NCBI GenBank assembly: GCA_051003195.1
Contig: JBPCLP010000021.1
Coordinates: 250,016 to 314,015 of the forward strand
Direction: 5' to 3'
Source of the DNA: Candidatus Sumerlaeaceae bacterium
Lineage (GTDB): Bacteria; Sumerlaeota; Sumerlaeia; Sumerlaeales; Sumerlaeaceae
DNA length: 64,000 bases
Shown here: positions 20,195 through 27,716 of the stretch, in pieces
Numbering within the stretch: the first letter of the stretch is position 1
Layout of the letters: each line of letters starts with the position of its first letter
Notes under the pieces: model-generated
Database searches by the model: none
What the model was told of the DNA's origin: nothing
The model's input: the letters and a program-made list of their open reading frames with translations, nothing else
Translations under genes and position numbers: made by a program

Positions 20195-21601
20195 CTACTG
20201 AGTGGCCTTCCATCGACCCCTGGTGAAATCCGGAAACTTCACGGGGGCGCTGCCTTGCGCGACGGACATTTCGCTGAGCGGAGCAGGCGCGCTCCAGGCC
20301 GCAGCATCATATACGTCCATGTCGGGTGCCAGCCCTTCGCGCATACACTGAATCAGGCGGTAGCTCATGATAAAATCCATGCCGCCGTGTCCGCCCTGCT
20401 TGCGCGCCAGCTCTCCCACCTGCTTCCATAGTGGATGTTCATGCTCTTCCTTGAACGCATCAAGCGTCTGCCAGGCGTGCTTTTCCTGTCCGTCAAAAAA
20501 GATGCGGGCCGGATAATCGCAGAAGGTTCCCCTGGTTCCGGAAATCAGGTTGAGGCGATCATACGGCCGCGGGCTCACTACGTCATGCTGCAGCATGATG
20601 GTGCGGCCCTTCACGGTTTTAATAATGGAGGTGTTCATGTCGCCGCACTTATACTTTTCCTTCCAGCGCGGATCCTCCTTCGGAATGTGAGCCGCACGGT
20701 GCGCCTCCAGCCCGAACTGCGGCGAACTGGCCGACACAAGGTAGTCGAACCTGTCTCCATGATGAATGCCCATATAGCGAGCCACCGGGCCGAGACCGTG
20801 GGTCGGGTAAAGGTTGCCGTTGCGATCCAGGTGCTCAAACCGTCGCCATAGCCCCTCGCCCTTGCCGTGGAACAGCTCATCGCGCAAATCGTGAATGTAC
20901 GCCGCTTCGCCGTGGGTGAGTTCGCCGAAAAGCCCTGCCTTCACCATGTTCAGCACCAGCATTTCATGGTTCCCGTAGCAGCAGTTTTCCAGCATAATGC
21001 AGTGCCGCCGCGTCTTTTCGGAGCATTCGACAAGCTTCCAGCAGTCATCGATTGTTTCGGCCGCGGGAACTTCGACACCAACGTGTTTCCCCTGGGTCAT
21101 AGCCGCGACAGCCATGGCGACATGCCAGTCCCAGGGTGTTGCGACATAGACTAAATCGAGATCCTCGCGTTTGCACAGATTCTCAAAGTCATGTTCGTTA
21201 CTGGTGTAGAGTTCGGGCGCATGCTGGCCCGCCTTTTCCGCCATGCGCTGTGCGTTTTCGGCCTTCTCTTTAAGGATGTCGCATACAGCTTTGACCTCGA
21301 CGTGCTCAATCGCGAGCAGGTCCTTCAGCAAGTGCGTGCCCCTGCCACCAACGCCGATGATACCCACGCGGACAGTCTCGAATGGTTTGAACTTCTCGCC
21401 TTTCATCGAATGCCCAGGGGCTTTAGAGTCGCCGCGACTCTCGGATTCACCTGACCGACCGAAGCTTACGCCGGCCAGGGTCAGCCCTCCCGCCGCTGCT
21501 GTACCTGCCTTGAGCAACTCGCGGCGTGAGAGTTTCTTATTTTCACTCTCGGAATCACACTCGCCCGAATCCACTATAGGCTGTTGTTCGTCCTGCGACA
21601 T
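20195..21601 (-). CDS. Tat-exported Gfo/Idh/MocA oxidoreductase, GH109 (alpha-N-acetylgalactosaminidase-like)
   Basis: SRRELLK twin-arginine signal, GVGGRG, ATPWDWH, EVPAA, LENCCY, YPTHGLGP, GGHGGMD; ATG at 21601 preceded by AGGAG. Confidence 0.9.
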   Translation of the reverse strand: MSQDEQQPIVDSGECDSESENKKLSRRELLKAGTAAAGGLTLAGVSFGRSGESESRGDSKAPGHSMKGEKFKPFETVRVGIIGVGGRGTHLLKDLLAIEHVEVKAVCDILKEKAENAQRMAEKAGQHAPELYTSNEHDFENLCKREDLDLVYVATPWDWHVAMAVAAMTQGKHVGVEVPAAETIDDCWKLVECSEKTRRHCIMLENCCYGNHEMLVLNMVKAGLFGELTHGEAAYIHDLRDELFHGKGEGLWRRFEHLDRNGNLYPTHGLGPVARYMGIHHGDRFDYLVSASSPQFGLEAHRAAHIPKEDPRWKEKYKCGDMNTSIIKTVKGRTIMLQHDVVSPRPYDRLNLISGTRGTFCDYPARIFFDGQEKHAWQTLDAFKEEHEHPLWKQVGELARKQGGHGGMDFIMSYRLIQCMREGLAPDMDVYDAAAWSAPAPLSEMSVAQGSAPVKFPDFTRGRWKATQ

Positions 21602-21650
21602 TGCATTCTCCTGCTGCACCCTGGTTTGCCAGAGAACTCGGTGCTGGTCT

Positions 21651-21919
21651 GGTCTACCGCTAGTTCGTAACCAGTTCCGTGTGCCGAATCGAGGGTGTCT
21701 GGTAATGAACTACTGATTTGGCACACTAGATGATCTCCAAGGTCCCCGTCAATTCTGATCCATGACTTTGATTACAGGGTACCACCCCTATCCTATTTGG
21801 TTGAACTCCTCTGCGCGGGTACGCCCTTCGCATGCCGAATCAGTAGTTCATTACGAGACCAAAGGGCAGACTTGACCTCGATTCGGCACACAGAACAGAT
21901 TACGAACTAACGGTAGACC
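21651..21919. repeat. Long imperfect inverted repeat, arms 21651-21723 and 21833-21919, 109-bp spacer
   Basis: 21651-21694 vs reverse complement of 21876-21919 = 40/44 identical; 21697-21723 vs reverse complement of 21833-21859 = 25/27; right arm 14 nt longer between the blocks. Confidence 0.95.
21723..21752 (-). promoter_or_regulatory. Candidate sigma70 promoter inside the inverted-repeat spacer, facing the GH109 gene
   Basis: Minus strand TTGACG-N18-TAGTGT. Confidence 0.4.
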
Positions 21920-21976
21920 GCACTGGCAGATGAACGGCGGCAGAATTGTACGTCAGGCCGCGTAGATAGGCTCTAT

Positions 21977-23284
21977 ATGGATACTGGTACTATTAGATCG
22001 TTTCATTTTTTACTGACCGTTATTGCTGCATTAAGCCTGCTCGTAAACGTCTCAAATGCGCAGGTACCAACTCCTTCCAGTACACTCGCGCCCATAACTA
22101 TTTCTGTTCCCGCCGGCAGCCCGGGCCAGCCCGACGCGCAAAAGCTCCTGCAATCAGCGGCAGCACGCCTGGCGGGCCTGAGCTCCTGCTACCTCGAATT
22201 GACGACTACCATGAGCGCGACGGTAAACGGCTCCGAGCGCGTGCAGAACGCCTCGACACGCCTATGGCTACAACGCCCCTCGAAACTGGTCTGGATGGCA
22301 CAGACCGGTCCCGCATCCGTCTCGATCATTTCAGACGGCTCCCAGCTCCTCACTTACATTCCGCTTCTATCGCAGTATACCCTGGAGCCGCTGACAGGCG
22401 GAGTCGCGCCTCGCCTTGCCGAAGGAATGCACTCGTTTGGCTCGCTCATGAGCGCGCTCTTCGCCGCCGATCCGACAACAAGTCTCACGACGTTGCTCAG
22501 CGGCGTCGCAGTCGTTGGCGCTGAGATCGTCGATGGACAGCCGGCTCAGCATCTGCGCGCGACCACACCCGAGGGAACGACGGACGTATGGCTGGAGAGC
22601 ACCGGCCAACTGCCGGTGCGAGTGGTAGTCTCGGGCAAGCGCAATGGAATGGACGTGACGCAGGAGATTGGACTGAAGTGGATTGCCAATCAGCACATTC
22701 CAGATGCGGTGTTCGCAATCAGTCCGCCAGCAACAGCGACGAAAGTAGCGGCTTTTGACCAGCGTACACTTGCTTCCGCTGTCCAGCGTGCCTATGCTGC
22801 AAGTGCGCCGCCGGGCGCTGCAGGTGCGAGTATGCCGATGCGCGATCCTCCGAAACTGCTGGGCAAAGCCGCTCCCGATTTTACCGTAATGGGTCTGGAT
22901 AACCGGCCCTTCCAGCTCTCGTCCGTTCTTGGGAAACGCGTGGTCATTCTCGATTTCTTCGCGACGTGGTGCGGGCCCTGCCGCCGCTCGATGCCCGGCG
23001 TGGAGCAGCTTGCCAAGAGGTATGCGGCGCAGGGAGTCGAACTATACGCGGTCAACCAGGGTGAAACAGCGGCGCAGGTACGGCAATTCCTGCAGCAGAA
23101 CAAACTGTCATCGAATGTGCTGCTGGATATGAACTCCGCGGTCGGTCGGGCTTACCAGGTAGGTGGAATCCCACATCTCGTAATTATCGGCAAGGACGGG
23201 ATCGTAAAAGCCGAGCACATCGGTCTTCCCGCAGACCCGGGGCCGCTACTTGAGCCGGAGCTGAAACGCGCAATCGGCAGCTAA
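21977..23284 (+). CDS. Exported fusion of a LolA-like (DUF2092-type) domain and a TlpA/ResA-family thioredoxin
   Basis: Signal peptide; LQRPSKL..., IISDGSQLLTY.P...QY, DVWL...LP pattern; C-terminal APDF...GKRVVILDFFATWCGPC...YQVGGIP. Confidence 0.85.
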   Translation: MDTGTIRSFHFLLTVIAALSLLVNVSNAQVPTPSSTLAPITISVPAGSPGQPDAQKLLQSAAARLAGLSSCYLELTTTMSATVNGSERVQNASTRLWLQRPSKLVWMAQTGPASVSIISDGSQLLTYIPLLSQYTLEPLTGGVAPRLAEGMHSFGSLMSALFAADPTTSLTTLLSGVAVVGAEIVDGQPAQHLRATTPEGTTDVWLESTGQLPVRVVVSGKRNGMDVTQEIGLKWIANQHIPDAVFAISPPATATKVAAFDQRTLASAVQRAYAASAPPGAAGASMPMRDPPKLLGKAAPDFTVMGLDNRPFQLSSVLGKRVVILDFFATWCGPCRRSMPGVEQLAKRYAAQGVELYAVNQGETAAQVRQFLQQNKLSSNVLLDMNSAVGRAYQVGGIPHLVIIGKDGIVKAEHIGLPADPGPLLEPELKRAIGS

Positions 23285-23328
23285 AGTAAAATGGAAACCC
23301 TCTGACCGGAGTCTCGCGCTGGTCGGCG

Positions 23329-23964
23329 CTACTGACCGAAGTTCGTTACGTCGTCATCTTCCAGCCCGATATTCGGAGCGCCAAAGGTAGTGCCATTGTG
23401 CCCATTGCTGACGATCTGGAATGTGCTCGGGTTGTACCATATTTCTGTGGCGGCGTAGGGATGCGTGCTCGGTAAACGGGTGGCATTGTTGACACTATAA
23501 TTATCCGAGGACGATCCACAGCAACGAACGTAGCGATAAGGCGATTTCCATGGATCGAGAAATTGTACTTCACCAGGCGCCGGCTGAGGGTCGGCTTCCC
23601 GCAACGGGATACCATTCAGGTTGCCGAGGTCTTCCTCTTTTACGCTGATATAGGGTCCCTGCCAGCGGTTACTCGCAGGCGCGCTGGTGTTGCCGCTCAT
23701 GCTGTGAAGCAGTGCAAGCTCCAGCATGCCGCTGCCTTCAAAAGAGGTCGGACCGGATAGATTACCGGTGCCGCTGGGCGGATAGGAGCCCACATCAATC
23801 TGGTAGCGGTTGATGGCCAGCTCGAGCGCAGCAATGGTGGTGCGCGCCTTGGCATAGCGGGCTTTCTCCACCTGCTTGGAGAACAGACCAACGGCCAGGG
23901 TGGCGAGCAATCCCAGGATAAGGATTACCACCAGCAGCTCGATCATGGAGAAGCCTTTTTTCAT
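23329..23964 (-). CDS. GspG-type major pseudopilin paralogue 5
   Basis: KKG|FSMIELLVV prepilin site, Y.ID.G.YP, WQGPY, DPWKSPY, SNGHNG...EDDDV. Confidence 0.88.
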   Translation of the reverse strand: MKKGFSMIELLVVILILGLLATLAVGLFSKQVEKARYAKARTTIAALELAINRYQIDVGSYPPSGTGNLSGPTSFEGSGMLELALLHSMSGNTSAPASNRWQGPYISVKEEDLGNLNGIPLREADPQPAPGEVQFLDPWKSPYRYVRCCGSSSDNYSVNNATRLPSTHPYAATEIWYNPSTFQIVSNGHNGTTFGAPNIGLEDDDVTNFGQ

Positions 23965-23985
23965 TAACAGCACGCCTGACTACTT

Positions 23986-24780
23986 CTAGAAGTTCCGACC
24001 AAAGGTTGACTCGACACCGTCGCTGCCGAAGATGTAAAAAATGTCGTTCGGGTTATTGGTATTAATTGGAGACTGGGTATCTCCCTTGCCGTCCCGGCCA
24101 TAGCTGACAACCGCGTAACGATCAAAGCGGCGGTCATCGTTTGTCATGTTGCCGTCACTGAAATCGTCCGTGGAAGTTGGGCTAAAGACCAGGGATGAAG
24201 TTCCAATGATACCTGCCGATGAGTAAAACCGGTACGGGTTTCCCCATGGGTCGAGCGGGAAATCTTTAAACAGGAAACCGCCTTGCAAATACTCCGCACT
24301 TCCGGGCGGATCGTCGGCAGAGTTCGGGCCGTAGAAGTACCGCTGAAAGTTCATGAACGGGCCATTCCAGTTTCTGACCATCGCATAGACCTGCGGATCG
24401 AAATCCGTTTGCCACTGCCTGAGCACCTTCTGAGTCGCATTGACCTGGTCTCTACTGCGTGTAAACGGGTCGATAAGTTCGATACTGTCATCATCACGGA
24501 TAATAGTTTCCTCACCGGCAAGGGGTGCGACTCCCGTCGGTGGAGGCGGCAAATCATCCAGTACCTGGAACGGCACATAGAACCCGTGAACGATTGCGCA
24601 CTGTTCTTCGGCGTGGGCAATCTCACGGCACTCGGCCATCGCCACGCGAATGCGTGCGTCTTCCTGGCGACGAGTGTACACCGGTATCGCAATGGTGGCC
24701 AGAAGCCCGATAATGAGCATCACGACAAGCAACTCCGTGAGCGTCAGGCCTCGGCTCCTGTTCGTTAGATTCAGTTTCAT
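23986..24780 (-). CDS. GspG-type major pseudopilin paralogue 4
   Basis: RG|LTLTELLVV, WNGPF, DPWGNPY, SYGRDG. Confidence 0.88.
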   Translation of the reverse strand: MKLNLTNRSRGLTLTELLVVMLIIGLLATIAIPVYTRRQEDARIRVAMAECREIAHAEEQCAIVHGFYVPFQVLDDLPPPPTGVAPLAGEETIIRDDDSIELIDPFTRSRDQVNATQKVLRQWQTDFDPQVYAMVRNWNGPFMNFQRYFYGPNSADDPPGSAEYLQGGFLFKDFPLDPWGNPYRFYSSAGIIGTSSLVFSPTSTDDFSDGNMTNDDRRFDRYAVVSYGRDGKGDTQSPINTNNPNDIFYIFGSDGVESTFGRNF

Positions 24781-24798
24781 GTGACTCTGCCCTTCGTC

Positions 24799-25584
24799 CT
24801 AGAATTGCTTGTAAAGATCGTCGCCCGTTCCATACGGCGCGTTGGTGGTACCATCGCCCGGCAGTCCGTTCGGCCCGGTGCTGAGCACCGTTGGCCGATC
24901 AAAAACCAGGCTTACGTTTGCTTCGTTGTCAAATTGACCTTCCGGCGAAGTGCTGTTCGGGTTTTCTTCGAAACGCCCCTGCCGGTTAAAGAACTGGTAC
25001 GGCTGTCCCCATGGATCGAGCGGAATGCCGTAGGATGCGATCTCCGGGTTATAAACGGACCATGGCGGTGTTACGCCGGCCGGTGCAGGCCCGCCCACCT
25101 TTTTGGTGACGTTCAGATACGGCCCGTTCCAGCCGAACGTAGTTTCATTCTGCACGGCGCGTACATAGACGTTGCTTCCCAGCAGCGTGCCGTCCGAATT
25201 CGTGTAGTTCCCCGTATCAAAGAAGATCTGCAGGGGGTTGGCGGCATTGGCGTGAATGCCTTCGTCACGGATACCATCGATACGGTCCTGCGTTGTCCCG
25301 GTGTAGGTGTTGTTTGGGATCCCGTCGCCGCCGCGCGTATCGTCGAGCACATAGAGCCGCACGAAATACCCGGTGTCGATTGCGACATGCTCCTCGGCCG
25401 ATGCAATCGATTCAAGGTCTTTGAGCGCAGCGGTATGGCGGGCCTCATTGGCGCGGCTGGAAAGCACCGGCACAATGATGGCCACCAGGATGCCGATGAT
25501 GATCACGGCTATCAACAGCTCAAGCAGCGTGAAGCCGTGCCGGCGGCTGCGGATCAACTTGGATGTAGCGGTCATAGTTTTCAT
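24799..25584 (-). CDS. GspG-type major pseudopilin paralogue 3
   Basis: HG|FTLLELLIA, WNGPY, DPWGQPY, STGPNG...GTGDDL. Confidence 0.9.
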   Translation of the reverse strand: MKTMTATSKLIRSRRHGFTLLELLIAVIIIGILVAIIVPVLSSRANEARHTAALKDLESIASAEEHVAIDTGYFVRLYVLDDTRGGDGIPNNTYTGTTQDRIDGIRDEGIHANAANPLQIFFDTGNYTNSDGTLLGSNVYVRAVQNETTFGWNGPYLNVTKKVGGPAPAGVTPPWSVYNPEIASYGIPLDPWGQPYQFFNRQGRFEENPNSTSPEGQFDNEANVSLVFDRPTVLSTGPNGLPGDGTTNAPYGTGDDLYKQF

Positions 25585-26447
25585 TAGAATCGCACCACGA
25601 TATCATCGCCCGTGCCGAGCGGGTGTATGCCCGATCCATCGACGTAGTTGCGCAGGTAAGCACGTTGATCATTGGTCGGGTTGGTGAGAAGGTCGCCGGG
25701 GAAGCCGTCAGGCCCGAGCGATACAAGCCAGGACTCCCCATAACCGGTTTCCGTGCGTTGAAAGCTGCCGTTATCGGGCGGATAAAACAGGTAAGGCGTT
25801 CCCCACGGGTCGACAGGGATCCGGTTCGGGTTTGCAGGATCCTGCGAGTCAAAGAGCTGCGCGTCCGTCGGAGGACCGCCGTTGCCGCCCGACTGCGGTA
25901 TGTCCTGGATGGGACGGTCCAGGTTATCGCTGGTTGCCCTGCTGCGCATTATTGGAATCATCGAGGTATTGTTCAGCGCCTCGTCATAGCCGATGTAATT
26001 CTGGAAACTGATGTACGGACCTTTCCATTTCGGGGTCGTCTTTGAGCCGGCAAATTTGCGCCAGCCATCATCGTCCAGTGAGCGGCGCTGGTAAACGTCA
26101 TGATTTGTTGGATACGTGAAAATGGGCGTCTCGATGGTAATGCCGATGGCCGGCGGCGTAGTAGGAAGATTGAAGGAGGTGTTATCCAGATCCTCGAGCC
26201 GGACAAAGGCTCCCGTATCGGCCTGCTCAAGAGTAAGCGCTTTCATCATGCTCACAAGGTCGGCACGCGCAGCGGCGAGCTTCGCTTCTTCGACGCGGTT
26301 GCGGAAGATAGGCAGCACGATAAGCGCGAAGATGGCGATTACTGTCGCCACCATCGCAATTTCGATCGCGGTAAAGCCCCGTTGCGCGGCACCATGGCTA
26401 TGGAACCTTCGGTTTCGAGTCGGCATTGGCGTGGGATTTTTCCTCAT
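25584..26447 (-). CDS. GspG-type major pseudopilin paralogue 2
   Basis: RG|FTAIEIAMV, WKGPY, DPWGTPY, SLGPDG...GTGDDI. Confidence 0.88.
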   Translation of the reverse strand: MRKNPTPMPTRNRRFHSHGAAQRGFTAIEIAMVATVIAIFALIVLPIFRNRVEEAKLAAARADLVSMMKALTLEQADTGAFVRLEDLDNTSFNLPTTPPAIGITIETPIFTYPTNHDVYQRRSLDDDGWRKFAGSKTTPKWKGPYISFQNYIGYDEALNNTSMIPIMRSRATSDNLDRPIQDIPQSGGNGGPPTDAQLFDSQDPANPNRIPVDPWGTPYLFYPPDNGSFQRTETGYGESWLVSLGPDGFPGDLLTNPTNDQRAYLRNYVDGSGIHPLGTGDDIVVRF

Positions 26448-26453
26448 GGCAGT

Positions 26454-27284
26454 CTAAAACTCGTAATAGCGGTCATCCGAATTGCGCTCGCGGATGAACG
26501 GTTTAGGATAATTGGGGTCGAATGGCGCGCTGACGCCGGTGAAGGCTTTAAGTTTCGTCTCGTCTGCCGTGTTAAACTCGTCTTTGCCTTGCAACAGCGT
26601 GTAATGCCGCGGGCCGATTGGGTTGTCTCTGTAAAGTCTCCAATTAAACCGATCACCTATGTCACTGGACAGAGCATTATCACGAAGTCCCGGCACGCGA
26701 TTGCGGCCATAGCTGACGATTGCCGCGGTGAAATTTGCCTTGTCGCCAGATCCCTCAATAAACTTCTGTTTGGGCTCCTGGCCGTCAACAGCGGGGATGG
26801 TCTTGATAAAGTAGCCCACGTAGGGGTTGCCCCATGGGTCCGCCGGCCAGTCCAGCGCCTTGGCTACGCCGTTGGACGTATAATGCATTACTACTGTCTT
26901 ATCAGGGCCCGAGCTCGCCATGTAGTTCTGGCGCCACTTCTTGCGCATCCGGATGTCCTGGTTGCCAACGATGTAGCTGTGGTACTCGGCGGAATCGAAG
27001 CCGGTGCCCTTCAGGAATTCAAAAACGTTGTCGAGGTTGAACCTGAGAAGCCCGATCTTCGGGTAAAAGCCCAGGTCGTCGTAGGCGAACGACATCCCGG
27101 TGGCGATGCTGCGCGCTTCGGCAACCGCTGCCTTGCTCTTTTCGCGTTCGAGTTGCGCCGTGATATTGAAGACTGCCAGGCCGGCGAAGATCGCAATGAG
27201 TGCCGCCACGACGAGCATTTCCACGAGAGTGAATCCACGCTGATGCGTGGCTTTCGTGTGTATGTGCATGTGGCTAATCTTCAT
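26454..27284 (-). CDS. GspG-type major pseudopilin paralogue 1 (start may be 27293, 27284 or 27269)
   Basis: RG|FTLVEMLVV, DLGFYP, DPWGNPY, SYGRN..G, terminal SDD. Confidence 0.85.
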   Translation of the reverse strand: MKISHMHIHTKATHQRGFTLVEMLVVAALIAIFAGLAVFNITAQLEREKSKAAVAEARSIATGMSFAYDDLGFYPKIGLLRFNLDNVFEFLKGTGFDSAEYHSYIVGNQDIRMRKKWRQNYMASSGPDKTVVMHYTSNGVAKALDWPADPWGNPYVGYFIKTIPAVDGQEPKQKFIEGSGDKANFTAAIVSYGRNRVPGLRDNALSSDIGDRFNWRLYRDNPIGPRHYTLLQGKDEFNTADETKLKAFTGVSAPFDPNYPKPFIRERNSDDRYYEF

Positions 27285-27301
27285 CGGCTCCAACCTGCCT
27301 A

Positions 27302-27330
27302 AATATATGACCCAACCCCGAGAACGTCAA
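27302..27330 (-). promoter_or_regulatory. sigma70-type promoter for the pseudopilin array
   Basis: Minus strand TTGACG-N17-TATATT just upstream of the first pilin gene. Confidence 0.65.
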
Positions 27331-27404
27331 CCCCTGCGAAGCGGCGAAAACCGAGATGAAACATTCGGTCTGCGCAACTTGTAGAGACAATCCCCACCTG
27401 CTGG

Positions 27405-27421
27405 CGCAACCGCTGTGCCGT
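27405..27421 (-). promoter_or_regulatory. sigma54 (-24/-12) promoter for the pseudopilin array
   Basis: Minus strand CGGCAC-AGCGG-TTGCG, exact GG-N10-GC spacing. Confidence 0.65.
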
Positions 27422-27580
27422 GCAGGGCGGGCTTACGAACATGGGTTGCGGGCAAGTGGCGTCGGCAAGTCGAAAAGCACACAAACCGGCTCAAACCGCG
27501 GCTTTACAGGCGCTTTTTCATTTAAGAGGAAATATGAGCAGGCGTTTTAAGGAAGCGCCGCGGCCCAACGGCTAACCGCC

Positions 27581-27632
27581 TGTGCGGAAAGTTGCTGCGA
27601 GGGATTGCGCGCAATGTGCGGAAAACCGCGCA
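27581..27632. promoter_or_regulatory. Candidate enhancer (upstream activator) sites
   Basis: TGTGCGGAAA at 27581 and 27615, perfect palindrome ATTGCGCGCAAT 27604-27615, about 160-210 bp upstream of the sigma54 motif. Confidence 0.4.
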
Positions 27633-27716
27633 ACAGATCAAGTGATCCACAAGCGATGACTGTCGGCGCGTAAAAGACTAAGTGATTTATGCGATTGTGT
27701 CTCGCCTGAAAATCGG

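Noticed and set aside
21651..21919. CRISPR array, HDV-like ribozyme, dif site or retron reading of the inverted repeat
   Set aside because: Only two inverted copies and no spacers or cas genes; HDV P3/P1.1 elements missing; no XerC/D consensus; no reverse transcriptase in the window
23329..27293. Shufflon, silent-cassette or DGR-type pilin variation
   Set aside because: All five genes are complete with their own leaders; no shared nucleotide repeats, recombinase or reverse transcriptase seen
26100..27302. 400-aa plus-strand ORF, and 24781-25587, opposite the pilin genes
   Set aside because: Antisense shadows of GC-biased pilin genes with no recognisable motifs
27358..27378. 17/21 match GAAACATTCGGT...CGCA to 48552-48572
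   Set aside because: Opposite orientation relative to downstream genes, and a 12-bp core match is plausible by chance
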